Shown here in pieces: positions 14,924 to 29,000 of a DNA stretch of 64,000 bases (position 1 is its first letter; each line of letters opens with the position of its first letter). The DNA is from Eledone cirrhosa (Eukaryota): the NCBI GenBank assembly GCA_964016885.1, contig OZ024741.1, forward strand, positions 266,600,001 through 266,664,000. The letters are read 5' to 3'. The notes under the pieces are model-generated. The model saw only the letters and a list, made by a program, of their open reading frames with translations. It did not search any database and was not told the origin of the DNA. A program made the translations under genes and the position numbers.

Positions 14924-15826
14924 CTAGCAGTGGTACCCGGCGTTGCACGGGATAAGGTATTTTGGAACGCGGGGCGCCAACAGACCTAATCGTGGAAAAA
15001 CTGCATGCCTGGAGAATATGTAAAGAAAATAAACCAAATACTCTGATGGCTGGATAATCTTTAAGATTTTCCTCGAGGAAGCAAGAAAAATGCAGGTTTT
15101 CACCTAATGCGGGCCCTAGGGGATCAAGAAAATGAAATTTTTTATGTGCATAATGCCTTGAAATTTTGGGAAAATCAGCTAGGCGTAATGCCTCCAAAAA
15201 GCTCTAAGAAGCTGAAAAAATGAAGTTTTTCACCTAATGCGAGCCCTAGGCCATAAGAAAGTTGGATTTTCTTTGCTCATGGTATGAAGAAGAGACTGAC
15301 TAATACATAGTTACAATTTCAAGGAAATCACTCTGACGTAACACCTCAAAAAAACCCTAAAAATGTTAAAAAACGCAGTTTTTCACCTAATGCGGGCCCT
15401 AGGAGATTAAAAAAGTTGAATTTTATGTGCATAACACTCCCTGAAACATAAGTAATACACATGTAAAAAAAAAATCGGTTGGGTACTTCTCAAGTTTTAG
15501 GGATTCAAACTCACACACAGACAGACATCCTCAGGGAAGTGATGTAATGCAGACAGCCAGACATAGACAGATATTATAAGGGCGCGACGTTATATGTATG
15601 TATTTATCTAAAAAGAGAAAGACTAAGAATTATAGAGCGAGATCGCTAAATCGCCTAATGCGGTCCCTAGGGCATATCAAATTTGAAATTTTTTTTTGCT
15701 CAGAACATTCCCTGAAACAGTACCACATGTGTAAAGTTTGAAAACAGTCGGTTGGGTGGTTCTCGAGTTTTAGGGATTCGAACTCACACACACAGAGACA
15801 GACATCCTCGGTTTTATATATATAGA
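14924..15826 (-). mobile_element. Non-autonomous Helitron with internal tandem repeats
   Basis: Minus strand starts A|TCTATATATATAAAA and ends with a GC-rich hairpin (+ strand ACCCGGCGTTGCACGGG) then CTAG|T. Internal repeat core CCTAATGCGGGCCCTAGG near 15103, 15233, 15386, 15654. Confidence 0.8.
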
Positions 15827-16709
15827 TATTGTTGGTTTTTATTCTTGTACTGCTTCCATGCTGGGGCACTACTTTTACTGGTTTCAGTCATTAGACCACA
15901 CCCATGCTGGGGCTATGCTTTGAAGGGAATTAGTCAAACATATTGAACCCAATAACTATTGTTTTTAAGTCTAGTAACTTAATTTATCAATCTCTGTTTG
16001 TTAAACTGCTAACTTAGGGGCATAAACATGCACACACACACATGATAGGCTCCCTGCACAGTTTTTGCTTGCCAAATTTCATCACAAGGCATTGGTTAAA
16101 CTGTGGATATAATAGAAGACACTTGCGCAGAGTGGGATTGGACGCTAAACCGTCTAGTTGTGAATTATCTAAACCACACAGCCATGACTGTATTTATGTG
16201 CTACTTCTCTTTTAAGAGATTGGTGCAAGTGAAGAAAGAACTAGCTCCCAAAACACACACTTTTATCTTTTTATCTTATCAAAATATACTCTTTTGGAAT
16301 TCTGGAATGCTTGCCATTGCCACATTAGATGTAAACCCTTTTAATACCAAACTGCCTGAAACTGTTGTCTTCTATAATACAAAACTGATTATTTTTAAAT
16401 GTTTATATTTATCTAAAAATAAAAAAACACCTTCCACCATAATTTTAAGTAAGAACCTTTGTGTTCCAAACTTCACTTGATTATATTCTAAAATTATTTG
16501 AAAATCCTAGGCAGCACATTTCATTAGAAATGTGATGAAAGGGTTAAGTTTTGTGAAGGTGGAGAAAGCAGTTCCCTAAAATTCAGACTTTATCTTTTAA
16601 TCAAAATAAACCCTTTTGGTATTTTGTAATTCATGCCATAGCTGCACTTAATTATTATTATTTTTTTGTGAGTGAGGTAGGGGCGATAAAACATTGTTCA
16701 CATTTTCAC

Positions 16710-16804
16710 TCCATCTCTCTTTCTCTCTTTCTCTCTTTCTCTCTCTTTCTCTCTTTCTCTCTCGCTTTCTCTCTTTCTCTTTCTCTCTCTCTTTCTCTCT
16801 CTTT

Positions 16805-16845
<41 letters not shown>

Positions 16846-16847
16846 AG
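16710..16847. repeat. Polypyrimidine (CT/CTTT)n microsatellite
   Basis: ~135 nt almost purely C/T. Confidence 0.9.
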
Positions 16848-18397
16848 ATGTTTCTTTTAAAACAGAATTGCATTATTTCTATTTTGTTTATATTTAATTT
16901 TTCTTCCCTTACCTCTTCCTTCATTCCCTCAGTTTTTTAACTCATATGGGATAAAGACTGAATCATTAACGAAGTGAAGGAAATTGGTTGAGTTACTGTT
17001 GTTGTTGTTTGTGTTGTTGGGGGATGAGATAGTAAAATATTTGCTGTTTTAATTAAAACCACTTGAGTCATTTGCCCAGAGCTTAATTTTTTTTTTTGAT
17101 AATACAAATAATAATAATAATGAGTAAATGGGCATAGGGGCTTTGTTTAGAACCAATATCATCTTCACTACCAGTCATTTTTAGAAGAGAAATTGTTTTG
17201 GGGTTTTAATTTCTTTCAGTTTATATAGAAAACACTTATGAAACTTAGAAATCTCATTGACATTAATGCATCTATAACCATATTGCTTACAAAAGACACT
17301 ACCTATGTGTTTCAAATACTTAGTAATATAATTATTTCATTATTAAACTGGTGTTTGGAGCATTACTTGGCAAGATGTTTTTATATCAAATTATTATGGA
17401 AGGTTTTAAAATAAATATAAACTCTTTAAAACATGCAGTTTTGTATTATAGAGTCAAGGGCAGTTCCAGGTGGGTTTGTATCAAAACGGTTAACCCTTTG
17501 TTACCATATTTCTAATGCAAGTCAATGCCTATAATTTTCAAATCTTGAAAATAATCAAGGATTTTAAGAGATTTAATAATATAACTAACTTATTGTTGGT
17601 GTTTGGAACATAATTAAAATTCTTACATAAAATTATGATGAAGTGTTTTTAGATAAGTATAAACACTTAAAATAAACAGCTTAGTGTTGTTAAACCAGGG
17701 GCTGCTTGAGGCATTTATTATCAAAAGGGGCAAAGTTTAAAAAAAAAAAATTACCTTAAAACATTTGTATACAATTTAAAAGCTTCATAATATAAAAATA
17801 TCTTGTCACATTTTCTTATACTGAAAATGTTTTCAAGAGAAAGGAAACCTGGATATTTATGTAATGTTGGCTGTTAACAGGTTGGTGTTAGGAAATTTAT
17901 CTTGCTGTAGAAACCATACCAAAGGGTTGAGACGACCTTTCAGTTGTGTTAAGGACATAACAATCTCACTTATGCTGGCACCATAATAAATGCATCCAGT
18001 GCACTGTAAAGGGGTTGGTGTTAGGAAGGGCATCCATCTGTAGAAACCATGCCAAAACCAATGTATGTGAGATATGACCTCTGGTCCACCTGGAAGGACA
18101 GTGCTTCTAACTACTGACTTGACTTTTAACAATCCATCCAAACCAAATTACAAAATTTGAAAAGTCTACAAAATTTGTTTGAACTTTTTCTTTTTTTCTT
18201 TTTCCCCCCAAAAAATCTAAAGCACTGAAATGTATTTAGAGGGAGTGAAAAAAAAAAACCTGCCAAAATAATATTTGATCTCACTTATAATTTCTGTAGT
18301 TGACTGAATTTCATACAAAATTACATCAAATTGAATTATTTGGCAACATAGTCCCAAATTTATTTAAAATATCAAAAAGAGAAGAAAAATCCAATAT

Positions 18398-18458
<61 letters not shown>

Positions 18459-19737
18459 AATGGTTTTGACATGAGTATAAATATAACTGATGAAGTTGTC
18501 TCAGTTTTGTCTACACCGTTGTTGCTAAGCTTCAGTTAAAAATTACTGGGAGATTTCTTAATTTGATATTTCTCAAATAGTTTCCAAAAACTAAGAAAAA
18601 AGTTGTTGTTGGGTGGTGGTGGTCCAGTAGAGAGCAGTTGCTGAGGTTGTTAATCTGTGCAGAAATGTTGCTGACAGCTAGCTGATATTTATGAAAATAC
18701 TGTCACTGCTCATAGAATTATTTCAGAGCTAGGGGATGGAGATTGTCAAATTTCAGTGTGCGTTCTGTGTAATTGTTTTCCTCAAATGCATTGTAGATAA
18801 AATTGTTGTAATGAGACCCGACAGACAGACAAATAGGCAACAAGGATTAATTCACCATGTAATTCAATCATAATTTGTTAAAAAGAAAAACTTATTATTT
18901 GAAATCACGTTTTATTTTTTGAAAAGTAAAATTTCCAGTTGTTACTGATAGATAGTATCATCAATAGAAACATTGTTTCCTTGGTCTGATTTGAAGAGTT
19001 CTCACTCAGTCAGGAAGTGAATGAGGTCTGAGAACTTGTGCATCATCATTCATTTATTCATTCATCGTAGGTTTAGCTGGCCTCCTACAACACTGTATCT
19101 CACAGGAAGTTTCTCAGGTGTTTTAATGATAGGGGCACCAGTCCTACCATGAAAAGCAATGTAAAAGAAAGTGTCTTGCTCAAGAACACATACTCCCTAA
19201 ACCGTCAATTCATGATCATATGTTCAACCCGCGAACCACTAGGCTACATACCTTAAGGTTTTATCTTTACCTATCTTTTAACAGCAGTGTAAAAAAGACA
19301 CTCTCGTCATGGATGATATATTTCTTTACATAAGGTCACAGGGCAGGGCTGAGTGGGTAAGAGGTTCGCTTTGCAATCATGAGGTCCTAAGTTTGATCCC
19401 ACTGCATGGCATCTTGAGCAAGTATCTTGACCTTAACTTCAAGTCAACCCAAGCCTTGTGAGTGAGATTTGGAAGATGGAGACTGTTTGGGAGCTCTTTA
19501 TATTGATTGTACTTTGTAATTCAAAGAGCCAGTCTTGTCATAGTCTCATGAAAAATCTCCCTAAGAACTATGTTAAGGGTACACGTGCCAGTGGAATACT
19601 CAAAACACCTACACAGTAGGCTGTTCCATTGATTGCACAACTGGCACACCCCTTCATCAAAATGGAGCTCCATTTACATGAACTCTTAACCTTCTGTACC
19701 ACATGGAACAACATTAGTAATACATTGCTGAAAAGTA

Positions 19738-19948
19738 TTAACCCTTTAGTTACCAACTGGCCAAAACAAACTCTGGTTCTATGAAATAAAACCACCCATT
19801 TTAAAGGTTTCCAATTTAAATTAAAACCTTCCAACATAATTTTATGTAAGAACATGAAGTTACTATCTTAGTAAAGAAATAATTAACTTTAGTAAATCCC
19901 TTGAAATTCTTCATTAATTAAAAGTGTTATTTCATTAGAAAGGGTTAA
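19738..19948. mobile_element. piggyBac-like AT-rich MITE (type copy; related copies near 1565, 4720, 12900, 13830, 16330, 17250, 17490, 24140, 31958, 39200, 40550, 53332)
   Basis: TTAA-CCCTTT ... AAAGGG-TTAA termini, ~200-250 bp, no ORF. Confidence 0.8.
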
Positions 19949-22272
19949 ACACACTATGACTGCATCACATCATATATGTGAATATTCACTATGTTCTGTC
20001 TACTAGTAAATATATCATAGACGTTTCAATTAACAATTGAAGTGTTTTTAGACATTTTCTGCTAAATCATTGCAGGATGTTAAGTCTTAAGAAATTAATC
20101 TGAGAATGTTATTCCATTTGAAAGGGGAAGTTAAGTTAGACTATATTTTACTTGTGCATGGTGTCTCTGTCTTAAAATGTTAAACTTTTCCCAGCTGTTT
20201 TTGTTGGTCATTACAGCAGTGATACTGGTATATTATACTCATTATAGAGTGGAAAACAAACATCAAAGAGATACCAATGTATATATATATCTAATACCCA
20301 ATGTTTGTTGGCTGTTGGCTCAATGTCATGTGTGTGGGTGGGTATGACAGTGAAGAGCGAATTAATATATGGGTTGAAGAAGGAGTATACATACCGAGTG
20401 GAATGGCAGGCAATAAGAGAGCCAAAAGAACACTATACTGGGTAGAGTGTGTGTACACACACGGTTGTCTTCTGCAGACTTTATAGGAAGCGACAATTTC
20501 TTATCCCTCCTTCATTCTTTTTGATGAATGGAATATATACATATATAAAAATATATATTTCTTTTCCCAATTTTTTAAATTACTATATAGTGTTTGGCTG
20601 TGAGCAATATAAGGAATCATTTTAGCTAGATTTAGGTGTAATGAATTTATTTTCATTAATTGTTCACACTTTTTTAATATATTCATTTTTTTTAAAAATT
20701 ATTTAGCCAGTGCTACCCACAGTGGCCAATTTATACCCTTCAAATTACCCATTATATGAGGGAGTAACTCTATAGTTGTATAATACATTATGGAGAAGAC
20801 TTCTTGTATCAATGAACCTAAAAGGTGTATCATGTTGAGAAAAGATGGTTTACTCTTCAGTTGAATATATTTGAAAATATTTTAGTTTAAAGTGTCAGGG
20901 ACTTCTAGGGTACATTGCATCATATATTATATAGGCAGTCACCACTACCATCATCACCACCATCACAACCATCGTTACCACCACCATCACTGTATCCCGC
21001 CATTGTCTGCTGTGCCACACTTTAATGAGTTGGTTGAGATCTCTTTTGTATCAAATTTTCTAGTCTGCTGCCCTTCCTGACACTCATTTGTTATTCTAAG
21101 TATGGTGTATATCACTGGCCCTTGTTGAACTACTACACTGGAAGACATAAGTAACTGTCGCCACAGGCTTTATATGTATAGACTATTGATATAACAATTG
21201 CGGTGACACACAAATGCGCACATACATATGATGGGCTTCTCTCTGTCTACCAAATTCATTCACAGGGCATTGGCTGACCTGAGGCTGTAACCGATGACAC
21301 TTGTACAATACACCACACAATGGGGCTGAACCCCAAACTGTATGGTTCTGAAGCAAGTTTCTTAACCACACAGCTGTGCCTGTACCTTGTAATATATAAC
21401 TTGTTGGATGCTTCAAGTTGTTTTCTAGTTTTGTGTTTCTAGTTCAATTTTTTCCCCTCTCAAACATTTATATAATTTTACTGCAGTAATATTGAAGATA
21501 TTGAAAAGAATGTCAGACATTGGAGGTGGTGAATTGACAGAGTTGTTGGAGTATTGGATTAAATGCCACGGTATTTATGTCTCAGATCTCTTGTGTTATT
21601 AGTTCAAATCCTACTACGGTCAACTATGTTTTTCATTATTTTTGGGGTCAATAAAAAAAACAGTTCACTGGTGTTGAATTAGTGTGGATGATGGAATCGA
21701 TTGATGAGATCCCAGACCTCATTCTCTTACCGATTGGGGTGGAACTCGTCAAATCGGACCAAGGAAACAATGCTTCCATTAGTCTTTCCATTTTTGATAC
21801 CATCTACCGGTTACAACTCCTGACAGAAAGAACATGAAATAAAGTGTCTTGCTCAAGGACATACATAACACATCACCTGGTCCAGGAATCAAACTCACAA
21901 TCCTATGATTGTGAATCCAATTCTCTAATCACTAAACTACGCATCTTCACAAAAGTGAAATTAGTGTAATTGTTTGTTAAAGAGCCAAACAGGATGTCTG
22001 CTGAGTTGAAATCCTGCCTCCTACCATTGGAACAGTAGTGGCATTTCTGTCAGGAATTGGGACCAGTAGATCAGCAATGGAAGAGGAAAGGAGGAACCAA
22101 TTGTCAGATCAGACTAAAGAAACAATGTTCCTTTTGATCTTTCATTTATTGATACTATCTGTCAGTTGCAATTCTTAGCAATAGAAACATGGTTTCCTTG
22201 GTCCAATATTTTTTTTATTGTATAAAACTTCTGTCATAAGTAATTTATTTCATGTTATATTTTCCATTTCAG

Positions 22273-22421
22273 CATCTCCAGTCATTCCAATTCTTGACAT
22301 CAGGGGCATGGAATCATTGGGATATTCAAGACAAGAGAAGATACTAAGATGCAAGTTGGCTGCCTGTTATCGTTTGATTGACTTATTCGGTTGGTCACAT
22401 GGAATTTTCAACCATGTTACA
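22273..22421 (+). CDS. hts: Adducin/hts coding exon B (149 nt, phase 1 to phase 0)
   Basis: ttccatttcAG|CA acceptor, ACA|GTAAGT donor. (A)SPVIPILDIRGMESLGYSRQEKILRCKLAACYRLIDLFGWSHGIFNHVT is the adducin PINDxRG...EKxLRCKLA...W motif; in frame with exon A. Confidence 0.97.
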
Positions 22422-22511
22422 GTAAGTGTCACACATTTTGGTCTATAACTGTCACATATTTTAATCTTTATTTTTCTGCATTGAATGTGTATTGTTTATG
22501 ACTATGGCTCT

Positions 22512-22554
<43 letters not shown>

Positions 22555-25396
22555 CGGATAGGGGTTGGAACTGCCCATCTCAACAGCTGATGACCATGGA
22601 GTTCTATGTCCTTTGTTTTTATTTTTAATTTTAAAAAATAATTTCTTAAGGATCCCCTTAAAAAATTGCTTGTTTTGTTTCTGTTTATTGTCTTGTCCTC
22701 TTTGTTAATTTTCTTAAGTTATTTATATATATATATATATAAATAAATGTGAAGTCATGTAAGCTAGTAATTAGGGTGTTACTCACAATCATAAAGTTGT
22801 GGATTTAATTTTGGGATTTGGTAACATGCTGTGCTCTTAAACAAAATGCTTGATTTCATGTTTTTCATGATAGAACTGAGGCCCCTATTATTAAAACACC
22901 CAAGATATCCTTTATGCAATGCAGTCTCATAGGAGGCCAGCTATACCTAGATAGGTGGGAGCTTTAAATTTCATGTGTGTGTATGTGTGTAGATATCTAA
23001 ATATAAAAACAAAAATGTGTGAATTCCTTTAAACTGTATCCAAAGCTATGTCTGTCAGTAATTTGTGTTGTTTAGTTATATTAGCCTTCTTAATTATGAC
23101 ACAGTTATAATAGTCATATAAAGGATTGGTGTTACAAGGTTGAAAACGATAATAATAATGGTTTCTGATTTAGTCACAAGGCCAGCAATTTTGAGAGGGG
23201 AAAGTCGATTAAATCAACTCCAGTGCGTTACTGGTACTTTATTTTATCATGGATGAAAGGCAAAGCTAGTCTCGACGGGATTTGAATGCAGAATGTAAAT
23301 AGTAGTAATTGGTGTTGTAGACATTTTGTTGGACAGCTAGATCAGGGATCCCTAAACTTTTTAGACCATTGACTCCCTACATAGAATCTTTGACACCTCA
23401 TCAAACCATTCATGGAATCCTTGACCTTCCTTCACAGACTCCATTTATTGATGCTCCAGCATTAGAGATGTTTTGCCCTTGATAAGATTAAAGACTTCTC
23501 TCTACCCTCTATCTTCATTTAATCATCAATCACTGTACAGAATGTACTGGGTGTATTTTATTGTGGAACCTGCAGTGCCACTGCTTACTTTATTTGTACT
23601 TGTGGTGGCATTCACCCAGCGTGGATTGAGCCAGCTCCATTCAAGGAATTCACGGTGACCCTTGGGAATGTAGATCACGCACAACTATCGGAAGCTATTG
23701 AATCAGTGAGGCCAACCAATCGTGATTCCAATGGCTCAGGTGGATTTCAACCTTAGTTTTTCATGGCGTGCAGCCAAGTTTTCAGCTATCCACTGCATTG
23801 TTTGTGCCATCTTTAAAGTGGTTGTAGATCAGCTGCTTCACAGATAAATTCACCTGGTTGACACAGAGGTGTGTGGCCAAACCATCTCAGTCAATGTTTG
23901 TGAAGAGTGTTCTTGATTGGCTTGATGTTGCAACGTGAGTGAACCTCTGCATTCAGAGTGAACTAGATACATTTTATCTAGGTACCAGCACTAGAGTTGT
24001 TGTTTTGTCCATTACAAGTTTAGTGAGACCTCTCCACTCCATAATCTTGAATATATTTAAAACTGATCAAAATATTTTGGTTTTGTACTTATTAGAAATA
24101 TAACCATAGAAAAGTTAAGAACTATTGTTTAGTGATTGCATTTCAAATGTACTACACTCTATTTCAATTAATTAAACATTTTGAAGAATTTACTAAAATA
24201 GTTTCTTTACTAAGATAGTAACATATAGGTCTCACATAAAATTAAGTTAAATTTTAGTTTAAATTGGAACTTTTAAAATAAAGGTTGTGTTTTATAGAAC
24301 CAGGACCAGTTTTGGCTGGTTTGGTATCGAAGGAGCTAAATATATATTTAAAAACAAGTTTTATATCATAACCCTTGCTATTAGGGAAAAACTGATGTTA
24401 AATGATCAAACTGGGGTAGTTTCAGGATATTGAAAGATTTAACAAATTTAAAGTTACTGTGATTGTTGATGTTAGATTTTGTTCTTTGTTTACCTGTAAC
24501 TCCTTGTGGAGTCCTAAGTGTCAGTGATGTACAGCATTTCTTGTGCATTTTAAACATGGTGGTTGATTATAACTAGCAGTTGGTTTATTGAACATGAAAC
24601 ATCTATAGGCTATGGACTGACACTCTTCTCTTTTGGAAAAAAAATAACCAAGGCATTACAAGTAATGAATAAATTACATTAGAAATGTGTGTGTGTATGC
24701 ATACCTGTGTTTGTTTGCCTCTGTGTTTTAGTGTCTGTGTTTGCGTGCTTGTATGTGTGTGTGTCTGTGCATATCTCTTCTCTCCACACCTGTCTGTGTT
24801 GTCCATCTTACAGCAATTTTGTTCTAAGTCTCTTATGTCACTCTCCCATCATTGACTGTCAATTCACTCCCTTCGTCTTGTCAGTCATAAACATTATTCA
24901 GCCATGTTTATAACATAATGTTATATTTAGGGTTTAAAATATTTAATATCGAAATATTGAATTTTGCTCAATGATCCCTCCATATATGTCATAAGGTCAC
25001 CACATCTGATAAGATATATGGTGTCTTGGCATTTTTAAAAACCTAGTGAAGTACATCTCTCTCTAGGTCTCAACACAGCTTACTGAAAGAGAGAGGGGGG
25101 GTATCAGTTCTAGGAATTGACTGGTACTTTATTAACCTCGAAAGGATGAAAGAAAAAGTTAACCGTGGCAGGATTTAAACTCGGAGTGCAGAAAGCCGGA
25201 AGGAATGCTGAAAAACATTGACGTTCTAACAACTCTGCCACTGACTTCATTTTTTTTTTTTGTTATAAAACTGGTTATAGTAATAACAGAACTACCGTTA
25301 GTAGTAGTAGCAGCAACAGCAAGAATATGTTAATGTTTTCTGTAAAATTGCATCAGATAAGTAGATTTCATATTTAAAATACCTCCTGAAGGTTAC

Positions 25397-25434
<38 letters not shown>

Positions 25435-25479
25435 TCATATTACACACACATTTATATTACACATGCACACACACTGCTG

Positions 25480-25700
25480 AAAGGGTTATAACACAACTAA
25501 TTAGGGGCAGAAACAAGTTAGATGAAATGCAGTTTGGCTTTATGCCAGGTAGGGGAATTACCAGTGCCTTATTTCTGGTGAGACAGTTGCAGGAGAGGTA
25601 CTTATCTAAGAGTAAGCCACTGTATCTGGAGAAGGCTTTCAACAGGGTTCCCCACTTTATCATCTGGTGGCTACATAGGAAGCTGACTGCTACGTAGATG
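25480..25700 (+). mobile_element. Degenerate RTE LINE RT fragment
   Basis: Translates [53 protein letters not shown], homologous to the 49102-51174 ORF. Confidence 0.85.
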
Positions 25701-25998
25701 ACCGCTATGTGAGGGAGAGCAAGACTCTCGTGTGTTTATCATGGATAAACATACATATGCCAAACAAACAGATACACATGCACAAACATGTGCAGACAAG
25801 AAAATGTACCACAGAAAGACGAGATGGAGTAAACAGAATAAAACCAAATAGAACAGGAGTCACAAAAGAACTGTCATTGAGGAAGTCACAAAATGTGACA
25901 AAAGAGCTTTGACAAAATAACCACTGACTAATAATAAAGTGAAAGTGAAATAGTGTATGTGCTTTTATTGGCAAAATGACCACCCCCAAAGATAATTA

Positions 25999-26044
<46 letters not shown>

Positions 26045-29000
26045 TTTTATTTCTTTTTAGGTGAATAGATTTTTTTTCTATAAAAAAAAAAAAAAAAAAA
26101 AATTCCAATCTTTATAAGGAAAATTTAAAGATATGTTAGAGAGAGAGATAGGCTGGAATGGGGGTGTATTGGAAAGTAGAAAGAACTTTGGTAAGCAGGC
26201 ATATGGAAAGAGTTATGTGAAGTGGTTTACTGTTCCAAAAACAAACAAAAACAGGCCAATCCATAGTAAGTTTCTAAGCAACAGTTAGTGAGTGTTGATG
26301 ACTAAACAGAGCAGCTTAGAAACATTTTTTATTTTTATTATGTAAAAATATGTCCATCTCTGTCTGAGACGGACATATTCTAATCCTCATTGCGTCTGAC
26401 AAGCAAATCAATCCTAATGTCCAGCCTAATGCAACCATCTGAAGCTCTAATCTGGTCATTTTCAAAACATGGACTATGTATAATTTTAAATAAAATGTGT
26501 TGAACTGAAACTTCAGTCTCTCTTTTTTAACAGATGCCCTGCATGTTATGACAGTTACAAACAAATGTTGGTATTAACCCCCACTTTTAATATTGAATAT
26601 CTAATTCATGTAAAAGCATTGAGTCTTGAAGCAGGTACCACTTGTAATTACTATTTATCAATTGGCTATATAGACACACATACACTGCTCTTAAAGACAT
26701 GTAAGGATTCAGCAGAAAATATATAAAAATGATTAAGTAAAATGTTTATAGTGTCTTTACTAGTAGATTGTTGTGCAAATTTACAGTAAAAATTGAAGTC
26801 TTTACTTTAATTTGATAATGTAATGCAGTCAAAGTGCTATTTCATACTTTTCAAGAATGTCTTGCTAATGCTGTTTCGTGTGGTACAAAATGTCAAGAGT
26901 TAAACTGGAAGAGTACATCTATGTATCTCTCTCTCTCACTTTCAATCTATCTATCTTGTAGATGTCTTTTTCTCCAGTGAAATTGTGCCAAACACTGGTT
27001 GAATGTGTTGAGGTGCCAGTTGCTACTGCTTGTTGTTAGGGTTAGTAATATGTTCAGCAACCATATTTACTTACTACCCAAGATATGTTCGACACTGACA
27101 AAAGTTTTTCAGTTTGTATTGTTTGGCAGCTTTACCAACTCCACCCTTCAGAGAGAAGGAGAGAGAGAGAGATAATCTCATTCTCCCCCCCCCTCTCTCT
27201 CTCTCCTATTCTGTGGTTAAACATTTTGGCCTCTCTCTCCCCCCCTCTCCCTCTCTTTGTGTGTGTGTGTATATAATGTGTATGTGTGTTTTATTGTTCT
27301 TGTGATTCTCCCTTGCATTTAACCATATATAAATCTTGACATTCTTTCAATTTGATGTTCCACCTACTGCTTGTTTGGAGTATTTCTAAAAGTTTTAGTT
27401 TGCTAGCAACAGTGCAATGCGGGTGGGGTTTTCCTGCTGAGGCTGGGCTGCTGCTCAATGTAATATATGTTGGGTGTGGCGTGTGTGTGTGTGTGTACTA
27501 GAAGATAAGCTGGGTAGATGACAGCTTCCTCCTCTCTATGTTGAGAAGAAATAGCTGACTTATTCCAGAAACAGCACTGTTTTTGTCATATGATATCTAG
27601 ATCCAGGTCACCTGCTCAGTTTTGCTGCAACCTACTTAATGATCATAATAAGAATAATTGTTTCTACATTTGGCACAAGGCCAGCAATTTGAAGGGAAGA
27701 GGCAAGTCGATTAAATCGACCCCAGTACGTTACTGGTGCCTTATTTTATCAACCCCATAAGGATAAAAGGCAAAGCTAACCTTGGTAGGATTTGAACTTA
27801 GAACATAGAGATAACTATATGCTGCAAAGCATTAATGTTGATGATAATTTTGATAATTATATTGGTCACAAAAATTATATATTAGGGTTTACCTAAAGGA
27901 AAGGGATATTGATACAATAGGGATCATTCCTAATGTGACAGGATGACCCCTTAGAGTAATTCCAGAGAAAACCTCCACAAAAAACCCAGATTATTCTGCC
28001 ATATCAAGGACAGTGGCTCTCTCCCAGTTTCTTTCTCCTGATTAGATGATATTAATGATGATGATGGTAATGATTTCCTTTATTTGTTTACCCTTAGGCC
28101 TACATTTTTAGTTTGTTGCATTTTCTCAGTTGTCTTTCAGAAGTTTTCAATGGTCCACTCTTACAATCCCAGCCAGATTTTCCTCTTATCTAAGAATATC
28201 CCACCCACCTCCAGTCTTGGAGGCATTGAAAAGGATCAGGGACATTGATTTTCTCTAACTAAACAGTTATATATTGCAGCCAGCGTTTAATGTCAATTTT
28301 CCACGCTAGCATAAGAGAAGGTCTTAATCGATATGGTCGATTTGACTCTAGTATCAATCTACTCTTCAGATGTGTAGATTCGGTTCAACTAATTTTCTGC
28401 TTTCCTTTGTGTCTAACTTTAATATAATAGTTTCTACTTAAGCACAAGGCCAACAATTAGGGGGAAGGGGAAAGTAGATTAAATCGATCCCCTGTGCATT
28501 ACTGGTACTTTATTTTATCGACCCCGTAGGGATGAAAGGCAAAGCTAACCTCAGCAGGATTTGAACTCGCAATGTAAAGGGTTGTAACTAAATACCGTAA
28601 AGCTTGTCCAACACGACTGATACTGCCAATCCACCACCTTTTAATATATTTAATCATCATCGTTTCACATCCATTTCTCCATGCCCGTATAAGTTGGGTG
28701 AGTCTTCTCCAGCTCAGCTTTCCTCTACTAATTTCATTCCTTTGTCGTCTGTGAGGCTCAGTATTTTATATTGAAATATTCATATATAATAGAAATTAAA
28801 ACACAATAGAGCTAATATATGTTGAACAAGTGGATCATTGTCATAAAAAATACTTCCATCTGTTAGATTAGAGTCTCATTCTATTAACTTCACTAATTGT
28901 TTCATAGAAATAAATTGTTTTGTTTTATATCTCCATCTGTTTTCATTACAAGCAGACTAATATCATCTTTATTTTTACATCTGATGTTCCATATTTTCAT

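Noticed and set aside
16710-16860. Long pyrimidine tract ending in CAG as a cryptic exon acceptor
   Set aside because: No downstream donor or adducin-like coding sequence; exons A and B already join in frame without a gap.
20301-20486. Non-repetitive 61-aa ORF (GYDSEERINIWVEEG...) as a possible alternative hts exon
   Set aside because: No recognisable homology and no convincing splice sites giving the phase 1 needed to join exon B.
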